A DNA stretch of 28,390 nt from an uncultured archaeon (GTDB taxonomy: Archaea > Iainarchaeota > Iainarchaeia > Iainarchaeales > CSSED10-239), in assembly GCA_964591795.1 (NCBI GenBank), contig CAZQEL010000010.1, positions 1-28,390 of the forward strand, given 5' to 3'. This document shows, piece after piece, positions 25,611 to 28,390 of the stretch (positions are counted from its first letter, which is position 1; each line of letters begins with the position of its first letter). Position numbers and translations under genes: made by a program. Under the pieces are notes generated by a model. That model did not search any database. It was not told where the DNA came from and saw only the letters and a program-made list of their open reading frames with translations.

Positions 25611-26410
25611 CTTTTATTCTTTCTATTGAATCCTTTAAAGTATGGGTTTTAGAGCACGATTTCTGTAAACAGTATAAGAAAGATTTAATTAATAAAATAC
25701 CTGTTATTTTCCAAAAACATACGTATACTTTTATTGAGTTGTCAGAGTACATACTAAAGAACATAAACAAGATAAAAGAAAGAAGATACACTGTTATTCT
25801 TGTATCCTTACTATTGAAATACTTGCAAGAAAAACATAATGTATCTGAAACAGCTATCTTACCTATAAGGAAACTACTTACTTTTTCTAGTCCTTCAAAG
25901 CAAGACATATATGTTCCTACTGATTCTGAAGTACAATCTACACTTTCCAAATTATCAGCTACAAACCAATTAATGTACTTAGTGTACTTAGTGTCGGGTA
26001 TAAGGAAGGTAGAAGGAAATTATCTTTTAGAGAATATTCCTAATTTAAAATGTCAAAAGTTTGATGGGTTTGTTAAAATATCAATGAACTATTTAAGAAA
26101 GAATAAAAAATCTTACTTTGCTTACTTACCGTTAGATGTTTACAGTAAGTTGTTAGCAAACTACAAACAATTATCAGTAAGTTCATTAGAGAACGATATA
26201 AAAAAAAAGAAACTCATACCTATAAAATATTGTAGGAAGTGGTTCTATACTAAGTGCATTGAGTTAGGAATTCCAGAATCTATTGCTGATTATTATCAAG
26301 GAAGAATAGGTAATTCAGTAGGTAATAATCATTATTTAAGTAGACAAATGTTGGCGGATAAGAATTATGTTAAAATAGTTAGTTATTTTAATTGTTTTAT
26401 ACTTAAATAA
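25553..26410 (+). CDS. tyrosine recombinase, SSV-type integrase C-terminal fragment (Int(C)) reading out of the tRNA gene
   Basis: Catalytic-domain motifs are LVSGIRKVEG (box I Arg), YCRKWFYT (box II Arg) and GNNHYL (Tyr nucleophile). The frame is open from 25553, inside the tRNA, to 26410. My translation upstream of the TTG at 25739 gives 62 sense codons with no ATG and no stop; the first in-frame ATG is at codon ~80 of the listed ORF. Confidence 0.65.
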   Translation, partial: WLKRQTHNLETASPNLARGTFILSIESFKVWVLEHDFCKQYKKDLINKIPVIFQKHTYTFIELSEYILKNINKIKERRYTVILVSLLLKYLQEKHNVSETAILPIRKLLTFSSPSKQDIYVPTDSEVQSTLSKLSATNQLMYLVYLVSGIRKVEGNYLLENIPNLKCQKFDGFVKISMNYLRKNKKSYFAYLPLDVYSKLLANYKQLSVSSLENDIKKKKLIPIKYCRKWFYTKCIELGIPESIADYYQGRIGNSVGNNHYLSRQMLADKNYVKIVSYFNCFILK

Positions 26411-26444
26411 TATTTATTTAAATAAAAATTTAGATGTATTTATT

Positions 26445-27713
26445 ATGAATATAGATGATTTAAAAGGATTATTATTGTATTTTGGTTTTTCAATAGGTTT
26501 AGGTGTTGGTATAGTTAAAAGTAGTTGGGGTTGGTTTTTTTTTATATTTTTAGGACCTGTAATTTTATTTTATATTATTGAAAAAGTGGTGAAAAATTAT
26601 AATCAAAGTTTGTTAAAAATAAAAGAAGATAAAACTATAAATACTATTAAACGTGAACTTAAACAAATTAAGACTAAAATAACTAAATTTAAAAAATCTA
26701 AACATAATAACTTATTAAAAAAATTTGTAAAAAACTTAGATTATGAAATGTCTCAAGAACTAACTTGGTTAGCTTACAAAAATGCAATTTATAATGATGA
26801 TTATGAATTTTTGAAATTTAGAGAATTAATAAATTCTAATAAAAAAATAACTTTTTTTGGATTTGAAGAGGCATATAATAAATATTATGAAATAGCATAT
26901 GAATTCATATCATTAAAAGAAACCATAAAAGAAAATTATTCAGAACTAAATAAATTAGAAATAGAAAAATTATATATAGATGAAATAGAAAAATCAAATA
27001 TTTTTGATTATAATCCAAAATATTTTGATAAATTAAAAGATTTATTAAAATTTAAAGGATTTAAATTTACAGAAGGAGAATTAGTTTATTTAATAATCTT
27101 AGAAAAAGGTGTATTTGCTAATACTAATTTTAATAAATATCTCTCTAAAAATGCAAATACTTTAGACGGATACATTTTAAATTTTATAAGTTATAATTAT
27201 GAATATGATAATGTAGATATAGAAAAATTAATTTTATTTTTAAAGAAAAATAAAATTACAATAAAAAAGGAAGAATTAATAGAAAAAATTGAAAATATAA
27301 GAGAGAAACAAGAATTAAAAAATTTTGAAAATAAAATAAATGAATCTAATTTCATAAATATTTCAGATATAGATAAAATGTCAGGATATGATTTTGAATC
27401 TTTTTTAGTTAAATTATATAAAAAAATGGGTTATTCTGTTCAACAAACACCTTTATCTAATGATCAAGGCGGAGATTTAGTTGTTGAAAAATTAGGTGTT
27501 AGATATGTTGTTCAAGCAAAAAGATATAATACTTCTATTAGTAATTCTGCAGTTCAGCAAGTTGTTGCTTCAATAAAATACTATAATGCAGATAAAGGAA
27601 TATTAATTACAAATTCAATATTTACAAAATCTTCGATTAATCTTGCAGATTCAAATAAAATTGAATTAATAGATAGAGATGAATTAAAATATTTGATTAG
27701 AAAATATTTTTAA
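26445..27713 (+). CDS. membrane-anchored Mrr-like (PD-(D/E)xK) restriction endonuclease domain protein
   Basis: 422 aa. Two N-terminal TM helices, a long Lys/Glu-rich helical middle region, and a C-terminal Mrr_cat pattern MSGYDFESFLVKLYKKMGYSV...NDQGGDLVVEK...VVQAKRY...AVQQVVASIKYYNADKGILITNSIFTKSS. Confidence 0.7.
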   Translation: MNIDDLKGLLLYFGFSIGLGVGIVKSSWGWFFFIFLGPVILFYIIEKVVKNYNQSLLKIKEDKTINTIKRELKQIKTKITKFKKSKHNNLLKKFVKNLDYEMSQELTWLAYKNAIYNDDYEFLKFRELINSNKKITFFGFEEAYNKYYEIAYEFISLKETIKENYSELNKLEIEKLYIDEIEKSNIFDYNPKYFDKLKDLLKFKGFKFTEGELVYLIILEKGVFANTNFNKYLSKNANTLDGYILNFISYNYEYDNVDIEKLILFLKKNKITIKKEELIEKIENIREKQELKNFENKINESNFINISDIDKMSGYDFESFLVKLYKKMGYSVQQTPLSNDQGGDLVVEKLGVRYVVQAKRYNTSISNSAVQQVVASIKYYNADKGILITNSIFTKSSINLADSNKIELIDRDELKYLIRKYF

Positions 27714-27745
27714 TATTTCTAAATTAATTTAGGGGAGAATTAGAT

Positions 27746-28372
27746 ATGGTATTTAATAAAAAAACCACTACGATTGTAAAAGTATATGGGTATGTTATAT
27801 TAAGTATAATTGTAGTTGCAATGATTATTGGAATTATAAGTGTAGCTTCAGATTCATCTGAAAATAATATAAATAAAATTAAAAATATTGAACTAGATAC
27901 AACTCAACCTAATACATTAAAAGAAATAAAAAACATATCTAACTTCACACTCAAAGATATAGAACAAAACTTATTTGATGGAAATTTGACTGCTATTCAA
28001 AGACAAGCTATTTATAAAAAACACATTGAAAATAAATATATTAAATTATATGGTGTCATTAATGGATTAGATATAGATTCTAAAAATAATTATTATGTTA
28101 CTATTACTACATTTTACAAATCTGAATTTGCAAACTTAAATGATGATCTAAATACATTAAAAATATTAGATCCAAGAGTTAAAATTTATTTAAGTGATGA
28201 ATTTGTGAAAAATAATAATTTGACAAAATACAATATAGGTAATGAAATAGAAGTTATTGGGTATTTACAATGGGATAATTGGATAGATTGTTGTGGCCAG
28301 TTTGAAAATAGTTTTATAACAAGTCCTTTAAAGTTTATTTTAACTAATGGTTATATTTTAAATATAAAATAA
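27746..28372 (+). CDS. membrane-anchored protein with probable OB-fold (tRNA_anti-like) ectodomain
   Basis: 208 aa. N-terminal TM (VYGYVILSIIVVAMIIGIISV). The segment LKDIEQNLFDGNLTAIQRQAIYKKHIENKYIKLYGVINGLD...VTITT resembles the tRNA_anti-like OB-fold family seen in small anchored proteins. Weak assignment, from memory. Confidence 0.4.
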   Translation: MVFNKKTTTIVKVYGYVILSIIVVAMIIGIISVASDSSENNINKIKNIELDTTQPNTLKEIKNISNFTLKDIEQNLFDGNLTAIQRQAIYKKHIENKYIKLYGVINGLDIDSKNNYYVTITTFYKSEFANLNDDLNTLKILDPRVKIYLSDEFVKNNNLTKYNIGNEIEVIGYLQWDNWIDCCGQFENSFITSPLKFILTNGYILNIK

Positions 28373-28390
28373 GAAACATTATTTTTTGGA

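Larger units (their letters stand above)
25553..28390 (+). mobile_element. left end of an integrated element (provirus or plasmid) inserted in tRNA(CAU); the right end lies beyond the window
   Basis: The tRNA 3' part is contiguous and in frame with a start-less integrase catalytic fragment. It is followed by cargo genes, including an Mrr-like nuclease. I found no second copy of the tRNA 3' segment within the window. Confidence 0.55.

Noticed and set aside
25570-25950. 126-aa ORF on the minus strand
   Set aside because: It is antisense to the integrase fragment and runs through the tRNA gene. It has no motifs, and the plus-strand integrase frame explains the region.
1-28390. CRISPR arrays, IS elements with terminal inverted repeats, 16S or 5S rRNA genes, and a second copy of the tRNA(CAU) 3' segment (attR)
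   Set aside because: I looked for regularly spaced repeats, transposase-like ORFs, rRNA signatures and the repeat ccagtccaaatctggctcgaggc, and found none by eye. A computational repeat search could still reveal short or degenerate copies.

Overview
A very AT-rich, gene-dense 28.4 kb window that looks archaeal and probably comes from a reduced DPANN-type genome (Woesearchaeota/Pacearchaeota-like; inference). The support is a 23S rRNA 5' domain carrying the archaeal CGTGGCAAGCTGCGATAAGC signature, a ~950-aa archaeal-type LeuRS, an archaeal-type 399-aa Obg/YchF-like GTPase, a Bud23-like methyltransferase and a canonical archaeal C/D box sRNA. Core content: a five-gene MacB/FtsX-type ABC transporter operon (minus strand), an MscS channel, LeuRS translationally coupled to a long RelA/SpoT homologue, and a stand-alone 23S rRNA gene with a long flanking processing stem and no adjacent 16S or 5S. 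There are also tRNA-Thr(UGU), tRNA-Met/Ile2(CAU) and several lineage-specific membrane proteins. Four observations stand out. (1) An unannotated C/D box sRNA at 24627-24687 (minus). Its D' guide matches the 23S A-loop in this same window and places methylation on the U2552 equivalent; its D guide fits the universal 16S C1402 site. (2) A tyrosine-integrase reading frame has no start codon and stays open back into the tRNA(CAU) gene. This is the signature of an SSV-type partitioned integrase, marking the left end of an integrated element that runs off the window. Its cargo includes a membrane-anchored Mrr-like nuclease. (3) An RSH (p)ppGpp-synthetase-like gene with a degenerate hydrolase domain sits in an archaeal context. 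(4) A translationally coupled HTH / PIN / winged-helix three-gene cassette. No CRISPR array or IS element was seen. All domain calls rest on motif recognition by eye, not database searches.
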